Positions 19,122-28,662 of a stretch of DNA of 64,000 nucleotides are shown one piece after another. The first letter of the stretch is position 1. Every line of letters starts with the position of its first letter. Under the pieces are notes generated by a model that saw only the letters and a list, made by a program, of their open reading frames with translations, had not been told where the DNA came from and searched no databases. This DNA is from Longimicrobiales bacterium (GTDB lineage Bacteria; Gemmatimonadota; Gemmatimonadetes; Longimicrobiales; Gaopeijiaceae). The stretch covers positions 1,184,001-1,248,000 of the forward strand of contig CBDDCX010000008.1 of assembly GCA_965226375.1 (NCBI GenBank), read 5' to 3'. A program made the translations under genes and the position numbers.

Positions 19122-21842
19122 TTCCCCATCCGCTGGCGAAGCTCCTCGAACCAGTTCACGACGACGAGGAATCGCTCGGGGTTGGCTGTGCCGTCCGTCT
19201 GACCTTCCGCCGACGTGGAGGTGATGTCTTGTGTCACAACCATCCGGTCTCCGTCGGGGTGGAGCGCCCAATCACCTGGTTGGTATGGTCCCTGAAGGAT
19301 TGAGTCCGTGGCCGTCACCACGAACGGCGGTCCCCTCTGAACTCGGGCAGCCATGAGGCTGATGACGGAGCCCGACGGACCCGCCGTCCAGTAGTAGATC
19401 GTGTTTCCATCGGGGGACCAGAACGGAAATCGCCCTCCGCCTTGAGAGACCCTCTCCCGGGCACCCGCTTCGGGGAAGCTCCGCACGTAGACCTCCGACC
19501 CCAGGGAAATTGCCGAGACGTAGGCGGCAAGATCCCCGGACGGCGAGACCCGCATGGAGATGAGCCGGCCCAAGCCTGAGAGGTATTCCCTCGCCACTGC
19601 GCTGTCCGACGATGGATCCACGATCCAGAGACCAGGTGGGCTCCCATTCTCGAAGATCAGAACATCATCGGAGGGCCAGTGGGTTGGGTACTGTGCGCCT
19701 GGCAGCGTCAGGATCGCCTCCGGCGGCGAGTTGTCGTTGACGTTCTTCATGAACAGGTCGGCACCGTCCGTACCGTTGCGTGTCGAGCGAAACGCGACAC
19801 GCTCGCCATCCGGTGACCAGCCGGGCCGGTTATTCACCCCTTCAAAGGTGAGCTTCCTCGGGGTCGTGCCCAGCGCCACGTCGTAGGTGAAGATGTCGCG
19901 GTCCTGATCCCCCGCCTCGATGCCGGTGTAGACGACCGTCCCTCCGTCGGGAGACCAGCGGTGGTGGTGAGGGAAACTGCGTGGGGTCAAGGGCGGCTCT
20001 TGCGCGTCGTCGCCCTCCAGATCCACGACCATGAGCCTCCTCTGACCAATCCCGCCCCCCCCCAAAACCACGTCCGCCCGCCCCGTAGACCAGCGTTCCA
20101 TTGCGGGAGACCGAGTAGCGAGCATGGACGCCTCTGAAGACGGAGAGGTCGTCGAAGATAGGGACAGCGCCACCGACCACCTCGAGACGGCTGGTGTCGA
20201 AGGGCAACGCCCAGAGTCCACCGGATGCGTCGGCGTACAGGATGTGACCCGTCTCCACGTACTTCGGATCGAGTCCGCCAGGAGCCAACTCTCGAACCGA
20301 ATCCGTCTCCAAATCGAGAAGCATGACCCCGCCACTGATACGCTCGGCACCGATCACCGCCTTGCCACCCGGAAGCAGCGAGGGATGGCGGAATAGCTGA
20401 GCCTGCTCGTGAAGAAGCACTGGCTGACCGCCGGTGTCGGGCACCCGGTACAGTCCATCCGGCAAGCTGAGGAACACGATCGTGCCATCGTCCCCCCAGT
20501 GCGGCTCCGATGGGGTCAAATCACCCGACGGAACGACCGGGGTGGGAGCACCCCCTGCGAGGGAGACCTTCAACAGCGTTCGCGTAGCCGCGTTGGCGTA
20601 GACAATCCACTCCCCGTCGGGAGAAAACGCCGCGCGATCGGCGTTCTCGGTTCCGGGAATGAGTCGGAAACTCTCTTCGGCGGCGTCGCGCCAATAGATA
20701 GACAGCGGACCGTTCACGGTCCCCTCGACGGCGAAGCGTGATCCGTCCGGGGAAACGAGGATGTCTGCATCCTCGAGGATTGTGATCTCCCCGAGGGCGA
20801 TGGGCAGCCGGGTCGGGGCATCCGGGGCGAAAGCGGGCGGCGGCTTGAGCCAACCCCAGGCCGCGAGAGTTGTCATAGTCGCGCCGACGAGCACCGAGGC
20901 TACGAATCGACCGTCCCGATGCCATGGTTTAGCCGTTGAGACCGGGACCAGTGGCTCTGCCGGTGTAGCCGCAGTGGATGTCCGCGTCCGAGCCCGATAC
21001 GTGAAGCTCTCATCCCCGAGTGCCGTCGCGAACTCAGCCGCGCTCGTGAAGCGGTCGGCGGGCAGCTTCTCCAGAGCCCTCGCGAGTGCATGGCCGACGT
21101 TTGGAGGCACGGTCCTGCGCTCGCTCGTGATCGACGGTGCGTCCGCCGTGAGAATCCTGACCAGCACCGCTTGAGCGGTGGTTGCCGAGAAGGGCGGCTG
21201 CCCGGCGAGCATCTCGTACAGCACACAGCCCAATGCGTACACATCGGAGCGCGGGTCTACGTCCCGGTCGCCAGTGGCCTGTTCGGGACTCATGTAGTGG
21301 GGCGTGCCGAGACTGAGTCCGGTCTCCGTGATCCGCCCACCACCCGCTTGCGCTACGGCGAGCGCGATGCCGAAGTCGGCGACGAGCGGTTCACCCTGAG
21401 CACTCAACAGGATGTTGCCCGGCTTGATGTCGCGATGGACCACGCCGTTCCCGTGCGCATAGTCGAGTGCACCCGCGACCTTCTGCGTGATCGCCAGTGC
21501 GTCGTCCACACCGAGTTGCTTCTCACGGTCGATGCGCTCCCTGAGTGATTCCCCTTGGACATGGGGCATGACGTAGAACAGGAAGCTGTCGGCCTCCCCC
21601 GAATCGAAGAGCGGGAGGATGTGCGGGTGCTGAAGGTTGGCGGTGGTCTTGATCTCAGCGAGAAACCGCTCGGCCCCTACGACCGCCGCCAACTCAGGCT
21701 TCAGAACCTTCAGAGCGACCTTGCGCTCGTGCTTCAGATCGTCGGCCAGGTACACCGTAGCCATCCCGCCTTCACCGAGTTCACGCTCAATGGCGTAGCG
21801 GCCTTCTAATGCTGCGTTCAGGCGGGTGACTGAATCGGACAT
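19118..21842 (-). CDS. Hanks-type Ser/Thr protein kinase with C-terminal TolB/PD40 beta-propeller (one frameshift near 20060)
   Basis: [42 protein letters not shown]; repeated W/FSPDG; ORFs 19842-21845 and 19118-20350 join across a 9-nt homopolymer at 20055-20063. Confidence 0.9.
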
Positions 21843-22960
21843 CAACTCCCCGTCCGCTGGCGAAGCTCCTCGAACCAGTTCACGACCACTTCGAGGCGTA
21901 TCACAGGTCGACCTCCTCCCTCCGTGAGTTGTGCGCCCGGCTGGCTCACGAACAGGAAGGGCTCATCGTCCGCGCGCACATCCCAGTTCGTCCGTGGGTA
22001 GGTACCTGGGCTCTGGGTCCAAGCACCCTGGAAGATCTCCTGGGGCGTGTCCACCGAGAATACAGCACCTGATGTGATCGACGCCCTCATCACGCTGCTG
22101 CCGTTGCGGTAGTAGATCGCTGACGCGTCGGGTGCCCACACGGGCTCGGTCCCACCGCCGACGGAAACACGCACACGATCCTCAGCACCCGGGAACGAGC
22201 GGACGTAGACCTCCGGGACGCCGAACTCGTCGGCCACGTAAGCGGCCCTCACGCCGTCCGGGGAGATGGTCGCCATCACCTCGTTCCAGTCGGCGCGGAG
22301 GTAGTCCGTGAAGCCCACGCTGTCACCGTCCTGGCTCATGATGACCAGGTCCCAACCACGATCCGTGGTTTGCTCCATCACGAGGACCTGCGTCCCGTCG
22401 AGCGACATGGACAGTGGAAGGTTCAGCCGATCGCGTCGGTAAAGCCGCTCGGCCTCCTCTGACCCGTCGGCAAGCCGCCGAAACCCGTTCTCCGAAACAT
22501 TGTCACGGAAATAGACATACCGGCCATCTCTGGACCACCAGGGAAGGCGCCCGTCGGCCCCCACAAGGGGACGGTTCTCGCCGGTATCGAGGTCGTACAC
22601 CAAGATGCCGATATTCGTCGCCATGTAGGCGATCCGCCGACCGTCGGGTGAGAAGCGCGGATGCTGGAACCTCTGGCCTCCGACCGCCAGAGCCGTCTCC
22701 ACACCGCCCACATCTACCGTGACAAGGTGCTCTGATGCACCGCCAACGATACCGCCCGTCGGAAGTCCGTACACCGCAGTGCCCGTCTCTGAGACGGCGA
22801 ACTGCGTGGCACCGCCGGAGAAGACCAAGACCTCGGGCAGGACCGTTGCCGGCTCGCCGGTCGTGCGGTGGGTGTTGAGATCAAACGGGACGGCCATCAA
22901 CGCCTGAGCGGCGCCGTGCCCGTACACCACATGCCCTGTGGATATGTATGGGGGGTTATG
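21842..22960 (-). pseudogene. 5'-truncated paralogous kinase gene (beta-propeller half only)
   Basis: NPPYISTGHVVYG..FSPDG..ISPDG..EVYVRSFP..VVVNWFEELRQR; no kinase domain upstream; stop overlaps the next kinase start (TGATG). Confidence 0.8.
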
Positions 22961-23428
22961 GTCTGGAAACCTTCTCCGCTACAGTACATTGTGGCCTCCG
23001 TGTCGTTCGGAGGCCTGTTCTTAACCTTTGCGCTGGAGATTCTGGTGCTTGAGGGGTGGCCTTGGTATGTCCACGGAGGCCTAAGCCTCGGGTTCTTTGC
23101 GCTAGCAGGCATACTAACCGTCATCGACAGGCGGCGTGAGGGGCGCCGCGAGGCCGCCGAGTTAGCGGCTCCCTTTATGTCCATCATACGGGAAGCGACC
23201 GAAGGTCTACAAGCGGAGCAGGACAAGCTCGAGAACATTGGTGCAGATACCCGCCACGACCTCGACGCCATGATACGCGAGGGCGAAGAGCGGGAACGAG
23301 CGCTGATCGAGAAACACAAGATCCGCTTCGTTGACGACGATGACTACGAAAGGTTGTTGCGTGATATGCGCACAGGGCGCGAGTTGTCCCCAGAAGAACT
23401 GAAGCACCACCTGGACCTAGATGACTAG
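22958..23428 (+). CDS. Hypothetical membrane protein (2 TM + coiled coil)
   Basis: Hydrophobic N-terminal helices followed by a charged helical region. Confidence 0.5.
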   Translation: MVWKPSPLQYIVASVSFGGLFLTFALEILVLEGWPWYVHGGLSLGFFALAGILTVIDRRREGRREAAELAAPFMSIIREATEGLQAEQDKLENIGADTRHDLDAMIREGEERERALIEKHKIRFVDDDDYERLLRDMRTGRELSPEELKHHLDLDD

Positions 23429-23476
23429 TCACGACGAGTATCATGAGCCCCAACGACCATGACTTAGAGGTACGCC

Positions 23477-23791
23477 ATGACTGATGCTGAAAGGAAGGAA
23501 GCCCTCGGGGACCTTGCCGAGCAATACTCCAACAACGAACGGACAATCGCGGCCCTACGGAGCCGGATAAAGAACCAGGCCGATACTCTGCACGCATTGG
23601 TGTTGGGTGTCCACGAATATCTGCATACAAGGAAGCCGGAGGCGGCGTTGGACCATTTCCGCCTAGGGCCACCGGACTTACCCCAGATTCCCAAAGACAT
23701 CGCAGATCTCGAAGAGGCCCTCAAATCCAAAGCCTCAATGGAATCTGAGTTGAACCGAGCAGGACTCAGCAACCTCATCCATCCGCTCTAA
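23477..23791 (+). CDS. Hypothetical coiled-coil protein
   Basis: GAGG RBS; 104-aa helical ORF. Confidence 0.5.
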   Translation: MTDAERKEALGDLAEQYSNNERTIAALRSRIKNQADTLHALVLGVHEYLHTRKPEAALDHFRLGPPDLPQIPKDIADLEEALKSKASMESELNRAGLSNLIHPL

Positions 23792-23839
23792 GGGTTTTGG
23801 TTACGAATGAAATTAGACCCAACCCCTTTCGACAAACGG

Positions 23840-24724
23840 CTAGGCCACAAGCTCACGGTAGGTGAGCGGGTCGGTGTTCACGATGCGAGCCAGCGTGTCG
23901 CGGAAGATGTGCGGGTTGTCGCGGTTGTTGTAGCGCCACTCCAGTTCTTCCAGGTAGCGGTCCATGTGCTTGGCGCTCATCTTGTGGAAAGAGCCGACGA
24001 TGGAGCGCTTGAACAAGCTCCACACGCCCTCGATCGAGTTGGTGTGGACGTCGCCGACCACCCATTCCTCGGCAGAGTGATTGACGGTCTCATGGCGGGT
24101 GTCGTCGTCGCCGATCCCGATGTAAGACTTGAGATCATCGGTGTAGATCGCTTCGGCTTCGTCTCTAACGGCTCTGGCGATGAAGGCATGAAGGGTCTTC
24201 CGCGTCACCTCAGGGATGCGCTCGATACGGACGTTTCCCCCTCGCTGGATGGCCCCGGCCACCCAATGCTTGTTCCCCTTGTAGGCACGGCCCTTGCCCT
24301 TGGCTTTGCCGCCGACCAGAGTTTCATCCACTTCGACGACGCCGATCAAGGTGGGGCCGGACAGCGGATCGTTGCCCATCGCCTCGCGGATGCGGTGGCA
24401 GAGGTACCACGCCGTCCGGTAGGCCACGCCGATTGTCCGGTGCAATTGGTGGGCGCTCATGCCTTTCTTGGACTGGCAGAGCAGGTAGATGGCAGCGAAC
24501 CACTTGCGGAGCGGCAGGTGCGAATCGTGCATGATGGTACCGGACTTGACGCTGAAGTGGTAGCCGCATCCGATGCAGTGCCACTGGCCCCTGCCTTTGA
24601 TCGGGCTCACGTCCATATCGCCGCACCGGGTGCACGCGACACCACTGGGCCAACGCAGCGCCTCAAGGTGCTTACGGCAGGTGTCCTCGTTAGCGAAACG
24701 ATCCAGTAGGGAGACGATGTCCAT
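23840..24724 (-). CDS. IS1595-family transposase (Zn ribbon + ISXO2-like DDE)
   Basis: LRWPSGVACTRC..CIGC, SKKGMSA, VEVDETLVGG, IYTD, HETVNHS, HTNSIEGVWSLFKR, YLEELEWRYN; AGGAG RBS. Confidence 0.92.
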   Translation of the reverse strand: MDIVSLLDRFANEDTCRKHLEALRWPSGVACTRCGDMDVSPIKGRGQWHCIGCGYHFSVKSGTIMHDSHLPLRKWFAAIYLLCQSKKGMSAHQLHRTIGVAYRTAWYLCHRIREAMGNDPLSGPTLIGVVEVDETLVGGKAKGKGRAYKGNKHWVAGAIQRGGNVRIERIPEVTRKTLHAFIARAVRDEAEAIYTDDLKSYIGIGDDDTRHETVNHSAEEWVVGDVHTNSIEGVWSLFKRSIVGSFHKMSAKHMDRYLEELEWRYNNRDNPHIFRDTLARIVNTDPLTYRELVA

Positions 24725-24877
24725 GAATCAAACTCCTAAGAAAAAGCAGAAGCTTCCGAAGGTGGATATGGATGACGTGAAGATAGCCGAAAAGGTCTTC
24801 GGCAAACGGCTGAAAAAAGAGCTAGACCGGGTGGCCGAAACCGCTGTCAGGAAAGGTGTTAGGGATTCCATACATGA

Positions 24878-24919
24878 ATAGTAACACCCCTACCCAATTG
24901 CGTCAAGTGCAGAATAACC
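24878..24919 (-). promoter_or_regulatory. Probable IS1595 left end carrying a sigma70-type promoter
   Basis: Minus strand GGTTATTCTGCAC-TTGACG-17 nt-TACTAT, pointing at the transposase. Confidence 0.65.
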
Positions 24920-24920
24920 A

Positions 24921-25202
24921 AAGGTCCGGAAACGATCAGAGACGGTAAAAGTCTATGTACGCCGCCGGGCTAACGGCGTCTGTGAGGGATGCGCCTCACT
25001 GGCCCCGTTCAAGGATCGAAACGGGCGCCCATACCTGGAGGCGCATCACATCTACCAGCGAGCGGACGAGGGACCGGACGACCCCGATTCTGTCCTCGCC
25101 CTATGCCCGAATTGCCATAGGCGAGTCCATTCAGGCGAGGATGGGGATCAGTTCAACCGCCAACTTGCGGCTCAAATGATGGCGGGGTCCGATCGGACCT
25201 GA
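24921..25202 (+). pseudogene. McrA-like HNH endonuclease, C-terminal domain only (absent from the ORF track)
   Basis: RSETVKVYVRRRANGVCEGCASLAPFKDRNGRPYLEAHHIYQRADEGPDDPDSVLALCPNCHRRVH; no start codon; abuts the IS end. Confidence 0.8.
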
Positions 25203-25348
25203 GCCCTCTGTCGACCAGAGAGCAACATCACCGAACCCTCACCCCGAATCACTCTCTGCCGTGCACGCACCGTGCACGCGCCCTAACCCGTCACCCTCCA
25301 AGCCAATCGACTTGTCCGCTAATACCTTGTGGTAGTCAACCTTACAAG

Positions 25349-25422
<74 letters not shown>

Positions 25423-25534
25423 AAGTTGTTGTATTGTAATATTTTATGACGTTACTCGGTTCGTGCCAATGTCGGAACTGTGCCAAAAACTGGTGCGCTC
25501 TCTGCTTTGCGTGGTCATTCTAGCACGATGACGC

Positions 25535-25813
25535 TTCCGGCATACGTACTGCTCGGCACGCCTCCAGACGGTGAATAGGATTCTGAAGCCCGGTAGAGAG
25601 CCCAACGACCCTGATGGGTGGGAGTAGGTCGAGGTGGCGAGATTCCAGGTGCAGAAGGAAATGGGCCACGGAGGCGGCCAACTCGTGGACCGGATCTACG
25701 GCCATGCCCAGGGAAACCCGTACCGGTCGGACGTGGTGGAATACCGCGTCGAGAAGCACCGGGAGGTACTCGGAGATCGACTCCGGTCCCTCGCCGCCAA
25801 TCAGAGCGGGTAG
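25535..25813 (+). pseudogene. Tyrosine recombinase/integrase C-terminal remnant (absent from the ORF track)
   Basis: FRHTYCSARLQT..GWE*VEVARFQVQKEMGHGGGQLVDRIYGH: RHT box, MGH and catalytic Tyr; internal TAG at 25625. Confidence 0.75.
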
Positions 25814-25998
25814 GCAGGGCCTTTGGGCCATCAGTCTTTGGCACAGTCCTGCTACGGATCCTGTAGCTAGGCGGCGGAACGGTTGCCTCAGACGCCCTTG
25901 CGCCACCGTTCGAACCTGTGACCTCCTGGGTGCAAAGCGTGAGTGTCCAACCCCGGTTTTCGCAAGGTTCGAGTATTTTCAAGGGTTTCTGCACTAAG

Positions 25999-27061
25999 GG
26001 GGTATTCCCTTAAGTCCACCGACCCCAAGATATAGTGGTTACCGGGGCTCTGCGGGCCGTTTCCCACGTCCGGTGCCGAGGTAAAGGGCCGAAGCTGGCG
26101 TGGGAGCACACTGAACAGCCTGCTCAAGCAAGCGGTAGAACAACAGGCCGCGAGCCCGGGATGTGCGTCGGTTGAAGCGAAAGGTGAACTCGTCCAGATA
26201 GTAGGGGAGGTGTTCGCGGGCGATCCCTCCTTGGAGGGTTCCGAGGACCCAGCGCTTGAGGAGAGACGCCACCCGATGTACGGCCGACATGAGCACGTGA
26301 GCGGGATCGCCGGAGGTCGAGAGGTTCGTGACCGTGTGGCGAAAGCCCAGTTTGGCGAGTCCCTGATAGCTTGGCCATCCGTCGGTATGCACCGTGCTTG
26401 CCGGTGCGATGCTATCCTTGACGAAGCCTCGCAGAACCGGAGCGGAGAGGTCGGGCACCCAACGCAGCCGTATTCTCCCGATCTTGCGTCCGTCGACCTC
26501 GGCGGCGATCGCGACGATGGCCTTCTTGATCGTCTCGCGGCCCCGCACTCCAGCCTCCACGCCCCCGACATAGCTCTCGTCCACTTGCACAACGCCGCTC
26601 AGCTGGTCGCGATCCGGTCGGACCATGGCCCGGCGGAGCTTGTGGAGCCAGACCCACGCTGTCTTGTAGCTTCCCAGTCCGAGCACGCGCTGGAGCCCGA
26701 GAGCATTGGCTCCGTATTTCTGGCTCGTGAGCTCCCAGGCAGCGAGAAACCACAGACGCAGGGGCGAGCGCGTGCGGTGGAACACGGTTCCCGCCAGCAC
26801 CGAGGTCTGCCTTCGACAGTGTGGGCAGACGAGACGCCCCCGCGATGCTCGCCAGACCTCTCCCAACCCGCCACAGCCCACGCACACAAACCCTTCCGGC
26901 CAGCGCAGACCCTCCACGTACTCCAGGCATGCCGCATCGTCGGGGAAGAACTCGTCCAACTCCAGCCGCGTACGGGGATAGTCCACGCCGCCACGGAGCT
27001 GAGAAGCCGGAACCGCCATGACCACAACATGTAGTGGGCGGTGGACTTAAGGCAATACCCC
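25999..27061 (-). mobile_element. IS1595-family insertion sequence
   Basis: IRs GGGGTATTCCCTTAAGTCCACC / GGTGGACTTAAGGCAATACCCC; no target duplication visible. Confidence 0.88.
26039..27025 (-). CDS. IS1595-family transposase
   Basis: LRWPEGFVCVGC..CPHC, LGLGSYKTAW, VQVDESYVGG, VHTDGW, YLDEFTFRFNRR. Confidence 0.92.
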   Translation of the reverse strand: MVMAVPASQLRGGVDYPRTRLELDEFFPDDAACLEYVEGLRWPEGFVCVGCGGLGEVWRASRGRLVCPHCRRQTSVLAGTVFHRTRSPLRLWFLAAWELTSQKYGANALGLQRVLGLGSYKTAWVWLHKLRRAMVRPDRDQLSGVVQVDESYVGGVEAGVRGRETIKKAIVAIAAEVDGRKIGRIRLRWVPDLSAPVLRGFVKDSIAPASTVHTDGWPSYQGLAKLGFRHTVTNLSTSGDPAHVLMSAVHRVASLLKRWVLGTLQGGIAREHLPYYLDEFTFRFNRRTSRARGLLFYRLLEQAVQCAPTPASALYLGTGRGKRPAEPR

Positions 27062-27579
27062 ATAGCACGAAAATGGATAACAACCCCTGCCTGTGTGACG
27101 GGCTTCTTTTTTACGTGGTTGATTCCCAAGCCTACATCGCCTAAGGTGTCTTCACCCGAGGCATCTTCAAAACCGAGCGTAACAGGGGCATCGGGGTCAC
27201 CCGCCATAAAGCCTTTGCCCCCAAAACAAGACTGGAATTCGGTGTTCCTTTGGGGAAGAGTGTGGTCGAAAAGGATGCCGTTTTCGATTGTTACTTCCCC
27301 AAAGCGACCAACATGAATGCCGTTGCTCGTGATCCTTTCCTCGGGGCTTACTCCATCTCCCGTCATATCGCCGAAAAACTCTATTAGGTACTCACCCTTG
27401 GTTCCGCCGTTATCACCGCCACCCCCACCGCCACCCCCACACGGTGGGCTCTCGCACTTCTTCGCAAACTGCGGCTTCAGTCCATCCACCCCCACCGGAC
27501 CCGATCCCTGATCCTGACAGCCGAGGAGGCATACGGCGGTTAGGAGGGCGAGGGATACCCTCGTGAAATGTGCGCTCAT
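27062..27579 (-). pseudogene. Lipoprotein of unknown function, 3'-truncated by IS1595
   Basis: GGAGG, then MSAHFTRVSLALLTAVCLLGC lipobox and a Gly-rich linker; the frame runs into the IS end. Confidence 0.6.
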
Positions 27580-27939
27580 GCGTTCCTCCATCGATTAGTG
27601 CCGCGCTTGTCGCGACGTCAGATTGGCGGGTCGGCTAATGTGACTGGAAGTGACGTATCACCGATGACGACGCTCTCAGGCACGGGGCCGCTCCTCCAGC
27701 ATTCTGAAGGCCACAATAAACGAGACCCGGGATTCCTCGGTGATTTTCCGGTGATTTTCGTGCCCATCGTGGGCGCAGCCTCTCGCCCAGCGTTACTTGC
27801 CTGGTGCTTTCCCAGCGGGCATTCTCTCACCGAGGGGTGCAGGTTAGCTACAAGACTGTTGGGAGCGCTTTGTTAACGCGCGTGGGATTCAAGCGAGCTG
27901 ACTCGTGTGTCACTTGCGAGCCGATTGAGGTGCCCGCCA

Positions 27940-28662
27940 ATGATGCGACTGTTTACGTTCGGTGGACTCACGGTCCAGAAGGATTCCGGCGGTGACTCGG
28001 CGATCGGGCTCGCACACGTCAAGCGGAACGCGCTCCTCGCGGATCTCGCCGTCGAGCGGGCGGGCGGCCCACACTCGCGCGATACGCTGCTCGCGCTCTT
28101 CTGGCCCGAGTCGGACGAGCGGCACGCACGTGACGCCCTGAAACAGCTCCTTCAATCGTTGCGACGCGATCTCGGGGACGGCGTCTTTGCGACCGGCAAC
28201 GGCAACAGTGTCGTTCTCGACCGAGACGTGTTCTGGTGCGACGCCGTGGATTTCGAGCGGCTATTGGACGAAGGGCAGGAGGAACATGCGCTTGCACTGT
28301 ACCGGGGCGCGCTGCTGGAGGGGTTTCATCTTTCCGGGTGTCTCGCGTTTGAACGCTGGCTGGAGGATGAGCGGCGACGGTTGGAACGGCGGGCTGCCGC
28401 GGCCACCTGGTTACTGGCTGAGCAAGCCCTGGCTGAGGGACGGACGGTGCAGGCAGCGGATTGGGGCCGACGATCCCTGACGATGTCCCCCGACGACGAA
28501 AGCGTGTTGCAGCGCGTCATCGAGTTGCTGGACCGCTTGGGCGATCGGGCCGGGGCGATCCGGGAGTACGAGGGGTTCGCGAAGCGTCTGCAAGAAGACT
28601 ATGACGCTACACCGGCACCCGAGACGACGGAACTGATCGCGGCGGTACGCTCCCGAGGGTAG
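27940..28662 (+). pseudogene. SARP/BTAD-family transcriptional regulator, N-terminal part (interrupted by IS256)
   Basis: RDTLLALFWPESDERHARDAL, WCDAVDFE, ALYRGALLEGF..FERWLE, P..ET; the stop codon lies inside the IS256 IR. Confidence 0.8.

Noticed and set aside
22954..22970. GGTTATGGTCTG as the second IR of the first IS1595
   Set aside because: Only 6 contiguous bases match the other end, and no target duplication flanks the pair.
23807..24709. Long antisense ORFs (this one, and others such as 37261-38379, 38819-39703, 60732-62030)
   Set aside because: They are shadows of well-supported genes on the opposite strand, as expected in high-GC DNA, and contain no recognisable motifs.
26599..27591. 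330-aa ORF treated as a single gene
   Set aside because: It is a chimera of the truncated lipoprotein reading into IS1595 sequence in a non-coding frame.
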